This document shows positions 35,840 through 52,422 of a DNA stretch of 64,000 nt, in pieces. The notes beneath the pieces are model-generated. The model ran no database searches and was not told the origin of the DNA. It was given only the letters and a program-made list of their open reading frames with translations. Both the position numbers and the translations under genes were made by a program. Location: the NCBI RefSeq assembly GCF_009914755.1, contig NC_060931.1; one strand, 5' to 3'. The first letter of the stretch is position 1. The number at the start of each line of letters is the position of its first letter. The stretch comes from the human T2T-CHM13v2.0 reference genome, Homo sapiens.

Positions 35840-36071
35840 CAGGTTGTGTATCACTTATCCAAAATGCTTGGGACCAGAAGCGTTTTGGATTTGGCTTTTT
35901 CAAATTTTAGAATATTTGCATTGCTCATCAGTTCAGCATCCCTAATCTGAAAATCCAAAATCCAAAAATTGGTTCAATGAGCATTTCCTTTGAGTATGAT
36001 GTCAGCATTCAAAGTTTCAAACTTCGGAGTATTTGAGATTTCAGATTTTTGGATTAGGGATATTCAATCTG
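35840..36071. mobile_element. Tigger4/MER46-type MITE
   Basis: ta-caggttg..tatc..ttatccaaaatgcttgggacc...caatctg-ta. Confidence 0.8.
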
Positions 36072-36609
36072 TATCATTATTGTTACCATTTGGAAACAAA
36101 ATGAAATAACTTGCTGGTGCCAAATAGTTAATAAGGGGTAATGTCAGTATTTGACACTAGGCAGCATGTTCTACTGCCTTTCTAAATACCCACTCTCATT
36201 TATCCATTAAAGACTCTGTCCCCACATTCCCAAGTACCTCCCTAATCTGGTTAACCAGGTTGGACCATATCTGACATGGGATATTTTACCAGTATCTTCA
36301 TTAACAATAATACTTAATATTTTTATTCAATAACTATAAGAAAGACACTGAGCTGGGCACTTTACATGCATTCAATGACTGCAATAATTACAAAACTCTG
36401 CATAAGACTCTTTACACAATTTTACAGATAAGTAAGCAAACAAAACCTCTGAGAAGTAACTTGCCAATGACAAATATCTCTACCAAGTAGCAGAGCTACA
36501 GCTCAATCTGAATGGCAAATCTCATGTCCTTAATCATACTATACTTCCCAGACTCTGAGCAGATGAAAGGAACATGCTTCTTGACCTCTTTGTCCTGACC
36601 CACTTAGTC

Positions 36610-36898
36610 TTTTTTTTTTTTTTTTTTTTGAGAAGGGTCTCACTCTGTCGCCCAGGTTGAAGTAAGTGGCACAATCACAGCTTACTGCAACTTCTGCCTG
36701 CTGGGCTCAAGTGATCCTCCCACCTCAGCCTCCCAAGTAGCTGAGACTACAGGTGCATGCCACCATGTCCAGCTAATACGTTTCTAAGAGATGAGGTCTC
36801 ACTATGTTGTCCAGGCTGGTCTCAAACTCATGGATTCAAGCAATCCTCCCGCCTCAGCCTCCCAAAGTGCTGGGATTACATGTGTGAGCACCAGGGCC
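36610..36898 (-). mobile_element. AluJ
   Basis: Antisense dimer. Confidence 0.88.
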
Positions 36899-39800
36899 AC
36901 TGCTTTTACTGCACTACCCACAATGAGTTTCAAATGGAAAAGTAAAGGATAAAGCAATTCAAAATTTAGAAGAGGAAGAAGAGAGAAACTAAGTTCAATA
37001 GCCTTTAATCTTGTCAGACTGAGTACTTCTACCTACCCCTGGTATCAAGTCCCACATCTGTCCTGAAACTAAATCCTAACCTCTTTAGCAGGCTGAGAAA
37101 GAGGGAAAAAAGAACCTTTTACAAGATATGATAATAGATCTATGTCCTTTCAAGAATAACACTGATTCAGTGAATATTCTTCTAAAGTACAGTCAAAACC
37201 CATTGAGCAAGCTCATACAGATGAGATATTTGTAGGTTATTGTATTGTCTTAATGATTCTAGTGTCATAACACAGAGGTTACCAAAATGTCATTCAAATA
37301 AGCCTGATAAAATGCAGTTTATTTCCCATAAGCAAAGTCACCTTACTCAAATCACTGTGACTGTATGACATTGCTATGGGAGCTCTAAAAGCAAACTATT
37401 GTGTAATGAGTGAGAAGTCCTTTTACTTGGTAGCAGAGGAAAATACAGCACCTGAGAAATATGAAAATAGTTTGGTAATACTATTCTTCCCTGGAAATTT
37501 TTCCTAAGAAGTACCCTGAAGGTGTAAATTAAGTGCTTCCTTAAGTATCACATACCCTTAATCTATCTCATTTTTTTTTTCAAAAGTACCAATAATTGTG
37601 AGAAAGTAGTTGTGTAACTTTGAAAAAGTCTAGGGGCAAAGGTTATAGTAGTCCATTAGAGCTTAAAATTTCCTTGAAATCTCTTATCTCAGTTCCATCA
37701 ATAAATTTGTCTTGTGACCTTGGGTAAACCATAACTTCTGTGTGTCAGCGCCCTTATCTATGAAATGCAGATAACAGCAGTACCTACAAAAACACAGAGT
37801 GGTTGTGAGGAATAAGTGATCTCATTAGAATCATACCTTGGCACAGTGGACACTTCAATATCAATCATAGGTAGTTGCAATGGAATATATTTTATTACTA
37901 TTCATGTTTTCTCACAGAAAAAGAAAGGACCCTAGTGTAACTACTAAGAATAAGGGTCAAAGGTGAAGTAGACAGCCTTAAGAAGGGAATAAACATTTGA
38001 AACAGGGATGCAGGGGGATGGAGTAGAAGAGTAAGGTTGGCAATTTATTGACACTAAAGGGTACTGGCCTCAAAATAAATAAAAAGGAATGTTGAAAGCA
38101 GTGAGGCTCTGCCTGAGTTTGGACATTAATATTAATTTCTACTCACATTTAGTAGATAATATTTACTTCCATAGCAAAATGTCAGATGGCCTATAATTAC
38201 AAGACAAAATATAGCAGCCTTGTTCTAATAACCTCAAAGTGACTTATAACTACAAGTGATCCTTTCTCATTGGCATTACTAAAGGGAGGAAGTAGTGTCA
38301 TTAATGCAAAAGAATAGAGAACTATAATCAGTCCTATCAAATCAAACTCTACTTAAACACAAAATCTGTGGAAACAACCCAAATCCAGTGTACTTCTGCA
38401 TTATTAAGAAAACATTTAAGAATAATAGAGTTCAGAATAATATATATACTGGCTTAAGAAAAACCTACTCAAGATAAAAAGACTATCTGTAACATTTCGT
38501 ATTTCTTCAAACTAATATTTTAATAAACACAATATTTTTTAATGTTCCAAATTAATGTCTATTTTACATTTATTTTGACTTTGAAATGCACTATACATGT
38601 TTTGCAACAATGTCGTTATCATTCCCTCATTTTACTGCAGCTTAAGGGTAAATAACTGGATTAAAAATTTCTTTGTTCTCGTTAAAACAAAATATAATAT
38701 TTACAATTTAAGGTGTTACTCTATGAAAATAATGAAACAAGAGTAACTAGAGTCAGTAATACAACACTGTACGTTAACCTAATAAGCAGGTTAAAATAAC
38801 ACATGTCTTTCTCATCTTTGAGGTCTCACTGATGAAAGCCATGTATTTCATCACTCTTCATGAATGTTAAATTTCAAGCCTAACAATAAAATATTCATCA
38901 AATATTTGTTCATAAGGTTTTGAAGAAAGTCACAATAATATCTGTTTATAATAGCTAATGTCAGGTTTCTTCAGGTCTTTGGGATTGGGCTCCTACAGTA
39001 TTTATAATAAAAGGATCTGAGAAGTCCTGCTTTAAAGATAATTGCTTATCTTTGCTTTACTCAGCATCTCAACTTTATATCCGTTTCTTATTAATCTCTA
39101 GATTTTCTGAGACTAAAAGTAGTAGTATCTGACACTTTATAAGTGATCATTAAATTTTTATCAAATAAATGAATGAGGAATGCAAAGATACGATGTAGTC
39201 TTTGCCCTTAAAAAGTTTAGTATGGTAGAAGAAGTAAGATATGCAAACAAACAACGAACAAATAAACAAGGCAGAACTTTATCAAGACCATGAATGAGAT
39301 ACCCCAAAGAGAAAGAATTTCAGGAAACTGAGAAATCACACCAGCCTGGAAAGGAGGTCACATTTCAATGAGGCTTTGAAAGATGGAGTATCATTTCAAT
39401 AAGCATTTCAACTTTCTGGGATATCTGCAGATACAAGGGGCAACTTTTACCATTTTGTAGCAATTGTATAGAAAAGAAAGCAAAGGATTTTTAGAAACAG
39501 AATCTTTAAGTCCTTTCAGAATGTTTTACCATGTTAGGGTTGAGGCAAGAGGAAAGCCTCAGAGGAGCTGGTGATAACATTGTGGAGCTTTTCTATCTTG
39601 TTCCTCTAACTCCTTCCTTCGTTTTTCTCCTGGGTTTTGAAATCAATTTTGTTCAAATTCAAATCCTAGTTCAATCACATACAAGTATGTGACCTTGATC
39701 AAGATACTTACTCTATTAATTAAATGCACAGGGCTTGACATTTTAAAAAGCACCTCAAATGAAACCTATTATTAAGAGATGAGACAACAGCAAACTATGG

Positions 39801-40433
39801 TTCTTAACTAAAATACATATTAGTGTCATCCCAGGAGCTACTTCAAAATAGATGAATATTCCATCCTTGACCCAAAGCCCAGAATATCTAGGCAAGTGTT
39901 TCCAGGAATACTTTGAAGAAGCTTCCCAAAATGATTTGAAAGGTAGATAAAATTAAGAAATTCTTATGTTCATGTTGTTCTCTCCATAAAAAGAAAATTA
40001 AGAAATTCTAGTAAATAAAGGATGACATAGGGCAACATGCCAGATTACATCAACATTTAAAGGTGGCCCATAGGAAAGGATCCTAATAAAGCAGCTTCAA
40101 CACAACCAGGTAAACCAGGAGGCAGCAGCACAAAAAGTGAGGGAGAGTTTCAAGGAAAAATGGTCAATAATGCCAAATAAGTTAAAGAAAAATACAATCA
40201 GAATGCCTTTTACTGACCTTTAATAAAAGTAGTTTTGCATTAAGGGGAGAAGCCAAATGGTGATAAATTAAGTACTGGATGGGAAATTTAAAAGTAGAGG
40301 TTTATTTTTTCTTTGCATCTGGCTATAAAATGACGAAAAGATACCACACCAAGATGTTTTGCCAAGGGAGGGCGCTATTCTTTGTTTTACTTTTTAATAA
40401 GCTTAATCTGGTGAAGATTTAATCTGTGAAGAA

Positions 40434-40765
40434 CAGGCGTCCCCAACCCCCAGTCCGTGGCCTGTTAGGAACCGGGCCACACAGTAGGAGGTGAGTGGTG
40501 GTGAGCTTTACTGCTGGAGCTCCGCCTCCTGTCAGATCAGCGGCAGCATCAGACTCTCAAAGGAATGCAAACCCTGCTGTGCACTGCGCATGTGAGGGAT
40601 CTAAGTTGCGTCCTCCTTATAAGAATCTAATGCCTCATGATCAGTTTCATCCTGAAACCATCCATCACCCATCCCCCGCCCCCACACACACACCCACACA
40701 CACCCTGGCAGAAAAATTGTCTTCCATAAAACCAGTCCCTGGTGCCAAAAAACTGGGAGCTGCTG
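40434..40765. mobile_element. MER1B-like hAT element
   Basis: cagg.gtccccaacc...cctgttaggaaccgggcc...ccctggtgccaaaa..gctgctg. Confidence 0.82.
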
Positions 40766-42034
40766 GTCTAGACTACATTAGATACCAATCATTTTCAAGG
40801 CATCCCATACATATATTGATCTGGAGTTTGCTATAAGACAATTTCATCTCCTCAAAATCTATTAGTATATCCTTTAACATACACACTGATGTACGTGCTA
40901 ACACTAAAAGGCAAGCTAAATAGGCTCTATATAACCTGGCCCTGCAATTATCTTAAAAGAAGTTTACTTATTCTAATTACTGTAATTGCACCAGTACTAA
41001 GAACTAAGTAACAATTGTGCTGTGTAGCTAGTAGCAAACATTCCAACCAGCTGCTCAATAATTACCTCATTTGCCAATTCAAACAGCTTTCACTTGCTAC
41101 ATGTCGGAGGCTGGGAGGCGCTAAGAGGTATGTTATGATCTTTCTTGCTATACTCAGAAATAAAAGCATTCCTTATACAACCCAGTTCAAGGGGACAGCT
41201 TCGTTGTTAAATCATGATGTTACCAGAGAAATCCTTGCAGCCTACTCAGAATATTTTCATCATGATTTAGAAAATGATTATCCCAATTTTGTAGTAAAAG
41301 GTATTGCCTGACCTAGGTTAGGGTCTGCAGCGTTTCCTAAGATATATACCAAGTTTCTGTAAGTTCTTTTGCTAAACTGAAAAGAGTTCAAATTGACAGT
41401 TTAGATACTGTCTCTGAGCTGTCCCTCAATGTTCCTCGAAATTCTTCCCATTACCTGAAATTCTAATTGATCATTCAATACACATTCCCCCTTAAAAATC
41501 AAGTATTTTTGTGAATACTGTTAGTCTTTCAGATCCTGGAATAAGACTTTCCCTCTAATTTCTATTTTGGGCAAGCATTAATTAAGAAAGAAAGAGTTTT
41601 AATTTGGAAGAAAATAGGGCTAGTTTTGAATTACATGAATCAGAAAAAGTAGATTTTGCAGAAACATACCAAAGGGCTCTCTAAAAGTAGAGGGCAACTT
41701 ACAGCTGGCCATAGGGCACGCTAGAGCGTAAGTAAAGGAGAAATATCAGGAAAATAGATATTATTTTACCTGGATATCTAACGGATAGAAGAGGGGAAGC
41801 AAGGTGTTGATTTATTCTTGATCAGGTAGCATGTTCTATAGAGTGGTTCTAAGAAGTGGCTTTCAAAGCAGAAGTGGGTAGGTTTTAACTGTTTGAATTA
41901 GATAACCTATAGATTCTTTTAAGTTCTTACTTTCTTTAAATCTCATATACCAAAATATATCCCCTAAGGACCAGGGGTGAACTATATGAATCATGCCAGT
42001 GATTATGTGAATTATATCTCACTGATATTTCTTT

Positions 42035-43472
<1,438 letters not shown>

Positions 43473-43764
43473 TTAAAAATAAATGAGTACTGCACTCATT
43501 TATTTTTAAGTTACAACATTCACAAGAAATATAACAATGAAACTGTCATTAGTGTTGTGACTATACTTAATAAAAAGCTAGGCAAAAAAAGTTTTGAAAA
43601 GACTTCTGACACTAAAAAAGTTGCAAGTACAAAATTTCAGAATAAAGAACAGTACTTTTTTTAAAATTTCAAATAAGTAATCAAAGGCACATAAATTAAA
43701 ATGTAATATCTTTGTCTAATACTGAATTAGTAAATACCAAATTTGACATTTAAAAGAGATTTCC

Positions 43765-44600
43765 GAGCAGCTGCGGACCTCGCCAAGACAATGCAGACTC
43801 CACTGACTATTCCTGTGCCCGTGCTCCAGTTACCCTGGGGCCCTGATGGCCTCAGCCTTGGCTTTGCCCCGATGGATGCTGGGGCAGTTGAAGCCAGAGG
43901 CTCCTGAAATCCAAGAGTGTCCCATACTCAAGAATCGCAGGAATCCCAGGAGCAGTGGGCTCGAGCTGCCCTTTGGGAACGTTACCTCCACAGCATGCTG
44001 GCCATGGAGTATCAACAAGTGAGCTTCATTCACATTGTACAACTATGTGCACATGGCTGCCCATTTCAGAACCACCAATCTGGACATGGCCAGCTTCTAC
44101 GTGTCACAGCTCAGCTGCAGATTCCCATAGGTGAGCAGAGGTGCTGCTCTAATGTAATGACATAATTTCATATACCTTCAAGCCATAAAGATCTGTGCTC
44201 ATCTTTCGGCTTGGGTCTAAGCCACAGTATCCCAGGCCTCCCAATTTTCCTGAGCCAGGAAATCTGGGCCTCATGGAGTTATGGGCCCCCTTGGAATTCT
44301 GAGCCAAGCTCCAATCAACTCTGGACTCCTGAGACCTCCTGGGTCTAGTCAGTAAAATTCTGCAACTCAAGGAATTCTAGGTCCCATTGGAAGGAATGAT
44401 TTACCTCAAAGAACTCTGAACTCTCCAGATGTATAGGCCTGATGCCATTTCCTAAAGTCTGAGGCTTGGGGGTGGGGTAATACAGGTGGGCAAATTACAG
44501 AGTGGGAAGTTATTTATTGAAGAGGTTGCAAAGTTCAGCCACCCTGAAGATACTCCCCATTGCTTCTCTCCTCCTAAAGAACCAACTTCTCCAGGAAAAT
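43765..44600 (+). pseudogene. GEMIN7: GEMIN7 processed pseudogene (CDS remnant 43791-44188)
   Basis: ATG 43791 MQTPLTIPVPVLQLPWGPDGLSLGFAP, then QESQESQEQWARAALWERYLHSMLAM..QVSF, ending DIISYTFKP* (TAA 44186-44188), with several frameshifts. Flanked by direct repeat aaaagagatttcc at 43752-43764 and 44601-44613. Confidence 0.93.
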
Positions 44601-45037
44601 AAAAGAGATTTCCACTCCATACTGGCAAGGATGAGATACATATGGGCATTCACACACTATAGAAACTGTATTAGTTGGTATGACATTTTCAGTTAACCTC
44701 CTTTACCATGCCATCTACTTCTAGGAATGAAACACACAGAGAAAAACACTGCAGTAATATTTTAACAATAAAGAAGTGTGTGTGTGGTGGCAGGGGGAGA
44801 CTTTCCAGGTGCAACAATGGGAGGTAGGCTAAGCTTATCATGATACACCTATAAAAATATTATTCAGCCATTGAAAATTAGTTTTTAAAGTTCTGACACA
44901 CAGAAATGCTTGCCATAGCATTAGATGAAGAAAGTATACAAAATGAATATGCTATTACAACTATGCCTAAGATGCAGAAAATATAACAAAATTTAACGAT
45001 GGTGATGTCCTCTTAAAATGCCATATACTCCTTCATA

Positions 45038-45330
45038 TTTTTTTTTTTTTGAGATGGAGTCTCGCTGTCACCCAGTCTGGAGTGCAGTGGCACGATCTTA
45101 GCTTACTGCAGGCTCTGCCCCCCGGGGTTCACGCCATTCTGCTGCCTCAGCCTCCTGAGTAGCTGGGACTACAGGTGCCCGCCACCTCGCCTGGCTAATT
45201 TTTTGTATTTTTAGTAGAGACGGGGTTTCACCGTGTTAGCCAGGATGGTCTCGATCTCCTGACCTCGTGATCCACCTGCCTCAGCCTCCCAAAGTGCTGG
45301 GATTAGAGGCATGAACTACCGTGCCCGGCC
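45038..45330 (-). mobile_element. AluY/Sc
   Basis: Antisense dimer; TSD tcatatt. Confidence 0.92.
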
Positions 45331-46280
45331 TCATATTACTTTTCTAATCAAAAAACATTTTGTAACAAGTCCTAGTTTTTATAGGAAGAAAATTTCAAGC
45401 CATATATCTGAATATCTGTTACATCAAAAAACAGGAGTTATCTAAATATCCAACTACATTTCAAACAAATATATAATTCATGTTGATTCAACAAGAAAGG
45501 CAAACATCCACATATAAAAAATCAGGCTCAAAATTTCAAACTAAAACTTTTTTTAAAGTTTATTAACTTTTAATAAAAGCAATCCCTAAGATTCTTTCTA
45601 TCACTGATATTAAATACCTGATACAGTCAAGGGAAAGCAATATACTCAAAAGGTTTGCAAGGAGTAGCATTAATATTCAGCAACTACAAAGCAAGTGCAC
45701 CCTTCAGACTAAATAGTCATGTGACATAAAAAACTTGAGCACAATATTTACCTGCACAGAATTTAAGAAGCCAAGCTACACATCTAAACCATGTTTTAAA
45801 AAGGAAAAGAATAAGTTATCAACCATCTTTTAAATCTGACTCTCAGCAGAAAAGAGCTTTGCCCAGCAATCTGTACTGAATTACAAAGAGCACACATTTG
45901 CCCCAAATGTTTGTAACCAAAAAAGTTCAACCAAAACAGAAGTCCAAAGTAAGGATTAATGAAATATTTAGCTTATTAATTGTACATCATTGACTACCAT
46001 CCCTGCTTTCCCTTTTCTGCATTCCTCGTTTTGGATCTTAAAACTAAGTCATGAAAATGCACAAATAAAAATATGTTTAAAATTAACATTTATACAATTT
46101 ACAGATTTACTAGGTATTTTACATATGTAATATATATACTAAGTACATTCACATAGACAATTATCTCAAGCCCTCTGTGAGGCAGGGGTAGTCACTCATA
46201 GTGCACAGCATTCCTGTGTAAGTATCTCCACTCTACCACCTTCCCACACCCACAGGTTCTTAGGGAACCCTACCACAGCT

Positions 46281-47464
<1,184 letters not shown>

Positions 47465-48564
47465 CTAGACTAAGTATGATATTCTTTTCAGTGTGACAGC
47501 TGCGGCACTGAGTATTATACAGTAGATATAAAGTTAGTTTAAATACAGAAGGCTTATTTTCATGGTGTGACAAAAACATAAGTCAAAAACGTGAATAAAA
47601 TAAGTTCTTTTACAAAATTGCCAAAATAAACTGTAAATTCCAAATTTATACACAATAGTGAGTTACTGGTTTCAAGATTCTAATCAATCCTATCAGACTA
47701 ATAAAGTTAGCACATAAATCCAAATAAAAACTCCTGACTATTTACATGGCACTTTAAATGTACATTACTACAGCATTTATGCAATTAAACATAATTAGTA
47801 GTGTGCATTTTCCTGGAAATTCCTTTGAGGGTAGAAGTAATCATTTTCATTTTCATGTCATCTGCTTGATCAGTAATTCTTAGCACTTACACTGCTGATG
47901 TACATAAAGTTAATTACTAATCATTCAATTAAAATTTATCCTCTGAACCAGGACAAGCATGCTATGGAAGAGCTCATCCTTTATGTTATTGTTGTAATTA
48001 TTTCCATCTGTAACATAATAAACAATTTATAGCATTCTATCATTAAAAACTTGAGTTAGTTAAGAATGAACTACAAATCTTCACATTTGATTCTTTGATA
48101 TGCACAATTAGCTTGTATTTATCATCTGCTTACTTAAAGAATTCTGGGCAGTGCAAGAAACAGAAGCCCCAAAGTCTAAAACTTTCTTCCTTCTAAATAT
48201 CAGCCTATTTGTTTCAACTGTTAGTAAATTTGGGGGACATCCTACTTAGTTTATCAAAATAATATTATCAATGAAAACTCTGTAACACTTGTACGCATAG
48301 GCAGATAATTTTAATTTCCAAGCTAAGTTTTTCCAGAGCTTTTTATCTCCATTACTTTTTTCTATGGCAGTCCAAAATTACAATTTTACTAATGTTTCTA
48401 CCTTTTTAGGCATCAAAAAAAACTATTCTATTCACATATCAATTAATTCTATGGTACAGTTAAATATTGGGTTTTAAACACTTCAAAATTACTTCGGCTC
48501 TTTCTTTTCCACATTTCTTCCTAAAAATTCAGTCCAAAAGTCATTACGTGAGACTGAGAAAGGT

Positions 48565-49034
48565 AGGTGTCCATGCTGGAGAGAAAACCACAGTGGCCCA
48601 GAACAGGGTATTACAGCCTGCAGAATGAGGAAACGTTTCTAATAGAGCGTGAGAAGAATGGACTAGCATGAGATGTCTGAGTTAAAAAGGATGAGGGGGC
48701 ATCCATATGAGAAGAATGGCCTGGCATGAGACATCACAGCACAAGAGAGGTAAGCAGGGCCACTGCCTCCCCCTTAATTACACTAATCCACCTGCAATTA
48801 ACTAATCCATCACCTCCCTCAGGTTCTTCCCTGATATTTTTCAGAGAAGAAAGGGAAGAACCTAAAGGAGATGATGGATTAATTACTCGAGAATTGATAA
48901 AGTAAGTACACATATGGAGGATAATGGTATCTCACCATCAGAAAGACAATACAAATATAGGAGGGATGAAAATTAGGGCCCCTCTAATGATGAACTGAAA
49001 TTGGAGATTGAAGTGTACACTTATATTTTTCAAT

Positions 49035-49065
<31 letters not shown>

Positions 49066-49280
49066 TATATATGTAAATGTGTGTGTCTGTGTGTGTATAA
49101 CATACATTTGTTACTTTCTGATATTGATGGTATATTATGGCTATATAGGAGAATATCCTTAAAGAAGAGAAATATACTAAGGTATTTAGAGGGACAAAAG
49201 AGAAGCATCCGTCTCAAATATCTTTAAAAAAGTTATATACTGTACTTGTAACTTTTGTTTAGAATTGTTTCAAAATTTAA
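48565..49280 (+). mobile_element. Old L1ME-like 3' region with (CA)n at 49035-49060
   Basis: gagggggcatcc..tggcctggcatg repeats; attgataaagtaagt..gaggataatgg. Confidence 0.45.
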
Positions 49281-49664
49281 AATTAACACATTATTTTCAG
49301 CACAGTAATCACTATAAATGATGATGCACACTTTTAATTATATAAAGTACTTTGTACCTACAATTTTCAATATTTTAGGTAGATAACCTCTTTGAGATTC
49401 TAAATATGTAATCTGTCTCCAGAATATAAAGACATGATAAAAATCTCAATTATATTTCAGAAAGTTTGGCAAGTCAGTGAACCCATTCAACATCCCCCTT
49501 CCCTGCTAAAAATTTGACCCACAGACTTCAGAACCCTAGCCACTGCTTTAAATTCTCACTCCTATATAATGAAATAGACCAAGAAAAACCCCAAGACCTA
49601 GATATAAATACATAAAAATTATTACTTAAAATGTGGGTGGTTTTTTTTTTTCTTCACAAAGTTT

Positions 49665-50021
<357 letters not shown>

Positions 50022-50794
50022 TCATGGGAGACAGGTTATACCTTCCCAATCTTTAAAATAATTCTAAGGTTCTGTAGCTCAATAGTGAAACAAATAACGA
50101 TATCCTGGCATAAAACTATCTTTCAGACAAAATCCACCTGCTGTGTATAAAAAAATGTAATAATTGAAAACTTCCTGCCTTGGGAGAGAATAAACCTGAT
50201 TCGTAATACAAAAACCACTCAATCTACAAATGCGTTGAACAGAAAGATGGACTAAATATAAAGAGGGAACTTCTGACCTCCTTTGGTGCTAGACTGCCTG
50301 TAGTCATAGCTAGGCAGGAGGTGATATTATTATCTCATATTTAAAATTATATTTCAGGCATATGTGATACAGTCACCTAAGAAAAAGATGGACCCACTTG
50401 ACCCACAGTAGTATTTGGCCTCCATGCCCTAGGCTAGGAAAGATTTAGAAATTACCCATTGTGGATAAAGAAAGAGCAGTCTTCCTTGCCAAGATGAAAA
50501 CTACATAATAAATGAGTCTCCTATGTGAGAATTACATTTCCACCCGTAAAGAAGTTGAACTGACATGTATTCCCTTGATGCCCTTGTCTTCTATTCAGTG
50601 CTCAGTTCTTTTAAAATTTAATGTTGACAGACTATGTGGCCTTCACATTTCTGTCCCAACATCTAGCTAATTAAAATTAACTAATGTGATATCATTTTTA
50701 CTTCAGTACACCTATCCAATCAATCTTGAGTATATTCAAAACCAAGAGAAAAATTTCTGTAGGTCTGACAAGCATGGCTATCCTTACCTCTCTG

Positions 50795-51180
50795 GGTAAG
50801 GTGGCTCACATCTGTAATCCTAGCACTTTGTGAGGCCGAGGCAGGTAGATTGTTTCAGCTCAGGATACCCAGACCAGCCTGTGCAATAAAGTGAAACCGT
50901 GTCTCTAAAAAAAATACAAAAATTAGCTGGGCATGGTGGCACCTATAGTCCCAGCCACTCTAGAAATAGCTACTGTAGAAAATATTTGCAAATTATGTAT
51001 CTGATAAGGCATATCTGATAAGGCTTTTTCTTTCCATTGCAAGGGTAATGGTGAGGTGGGAGGCTCTGGTGGGAGGATTGTTTGAGTGTGGGTGGCAGAG
51101 GTTGCTGTGAGCTGAGATCGTGCCACTGTGCTCCAGCCTAGGTGACAGAGCCAGGCCCTGTGCCCCACAAAAAAAAAAAT
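50795..51180 (+). mobile_element. AluJ-like element with non-Alu insert at ~50961-51057
   Basis: Alu right arm interrupted between cccagccactc and gggaggct. Confidence 0.85.
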
Positions 51181-51189
51181 TTGTAACTC

Positions 51190-51600
51190 TATGCTTAACC
51201 TTTTCCATTAGCAGTTTCTACCAGCAAAATAAATCTCTTTTCCACCACCACCAAAGATTTTTCCACATCTTTGCCAACACTTGTTCTGGCTGTCTTTTTA
51301 AATTTCAGCCACTCTGGTAGGTGTGGCATGGTATCTCACTGTGGTTTTGATTTTCATGTCCCTGATGGCAAATGGTGCTGAGCATCGTTTTATGTGCTTA
51401 TTGGCCGTATGTTTATCTGCCTTGGCAAAATGTTCATTCAGACCCTTTGCTAACTGTTTTACTTGGGTCATTTTTTAAATAAAATTATTAACTTGTAAGA
51501 GTTTAACAGATATGTCTTATCAGAAATGTAATTTGCAAATATTTTCTCCCATTTTATGGGTTGTCTTTTTACTTTCTTATGGTGTCCTGTGAAGGACACA
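51190..51600 (-). mobile_element. L1M 3' fragment
   Basis: ttccacatctttgccaacacttg...ggtatctcactgtggttttgat...tttgcaaatattttctccc. Confidence 0.8.
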
Positions 51601-51609
51601 CACGTATGC

Positions 51610-51613
<4 letters not shown>

Positions 51614-51656
<43 letters not shown>
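51614..51656. repeat. (CT)n microsatellite
   Basis: Perfect dinucleotide run. Confidence 0.95.
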
Positions 51657-51658
<2 letters not shown>

Positions 51659-52269
51659 ACTTTTGGACCAAAGAGGGAAGTATAACTGTGATTTATTAAG
51701 CAGCCCCATTGAGGGCTAACAGCACATTTCTGACCACTTTGTATGCTGGTGCCAGCCGGGGGTGCCCCAGCGGTTGCTCCCTGGGGTGTCTGCTTCAGGG
51801 CTGCTGCAAGGGTGCAGGGCAGGGCTCCTTCAGCTGGGAAACCATGGAATAGTTGGCAGCTGCTTTGTACGTCTTGAGAGACAAAAGAAAGCTCAAAATC
51901 AAGAGCAAACACTGGGTTTGCACTGAAAAGAAATATATCATTTCCTTGAAGAGAAAAATTCAAGATGTGAAAAATGGAAGCAAGGAAAGAAGAACTATGA
52001 AGAGAAGAGAGATTAGAATACCAACAGCATAGATCATTTCATGTCCCAATTATCTCCAAGTTCTTCCACCTTCTGGGATCACCAGCTGTTTTAACACCCA
52101 AAATATATGAAAGCTATGTGTTGTAATCTGTAGGGTAACCGTTAAAGGAACAGGATCTATAACTTGGCAAGAGAGGAAAAAGCTAGGATGGTAAAAAAGT
52201 CTATCAATCCAAAAGGCAAGAAAAAAGAGAAAAAGAAACATGCTGGCATATTATTATAATTATTGTATT

Positions 52270-52422
52270 ATTTGTTATTCCTGTTAATTTTTTACTGTGC
52301 CTAATTTATATATTAAACTTTTTCACAGCTATGTATGTATAGAGAAAAATACATCTGTGGTTTCAGGCATCCACTGAGGGTCTTGGAACATAATCCTTCC
52401 CCCAGATAAGGAGGTCCTACTG
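52270..52422. mobile_element. MER44/Tigger7-type terminal fragment
   Basis: ttactgtgcctaatttata...ggtttcaggcatccactgagggtcttggaac...tactg-ta. Confidence 0.72.

Noticed and set aside
40360-40380. CTCF-like ccaagggagggcgcta
   Set aside because: Three mismatches in the core
41015-41311. 98-aa ORF with a 12-bp inverted repeat (taaatcatgatg/catcatgattta)
   Set aside because: Non-ATG start, no homology; repeat short and AT-rich
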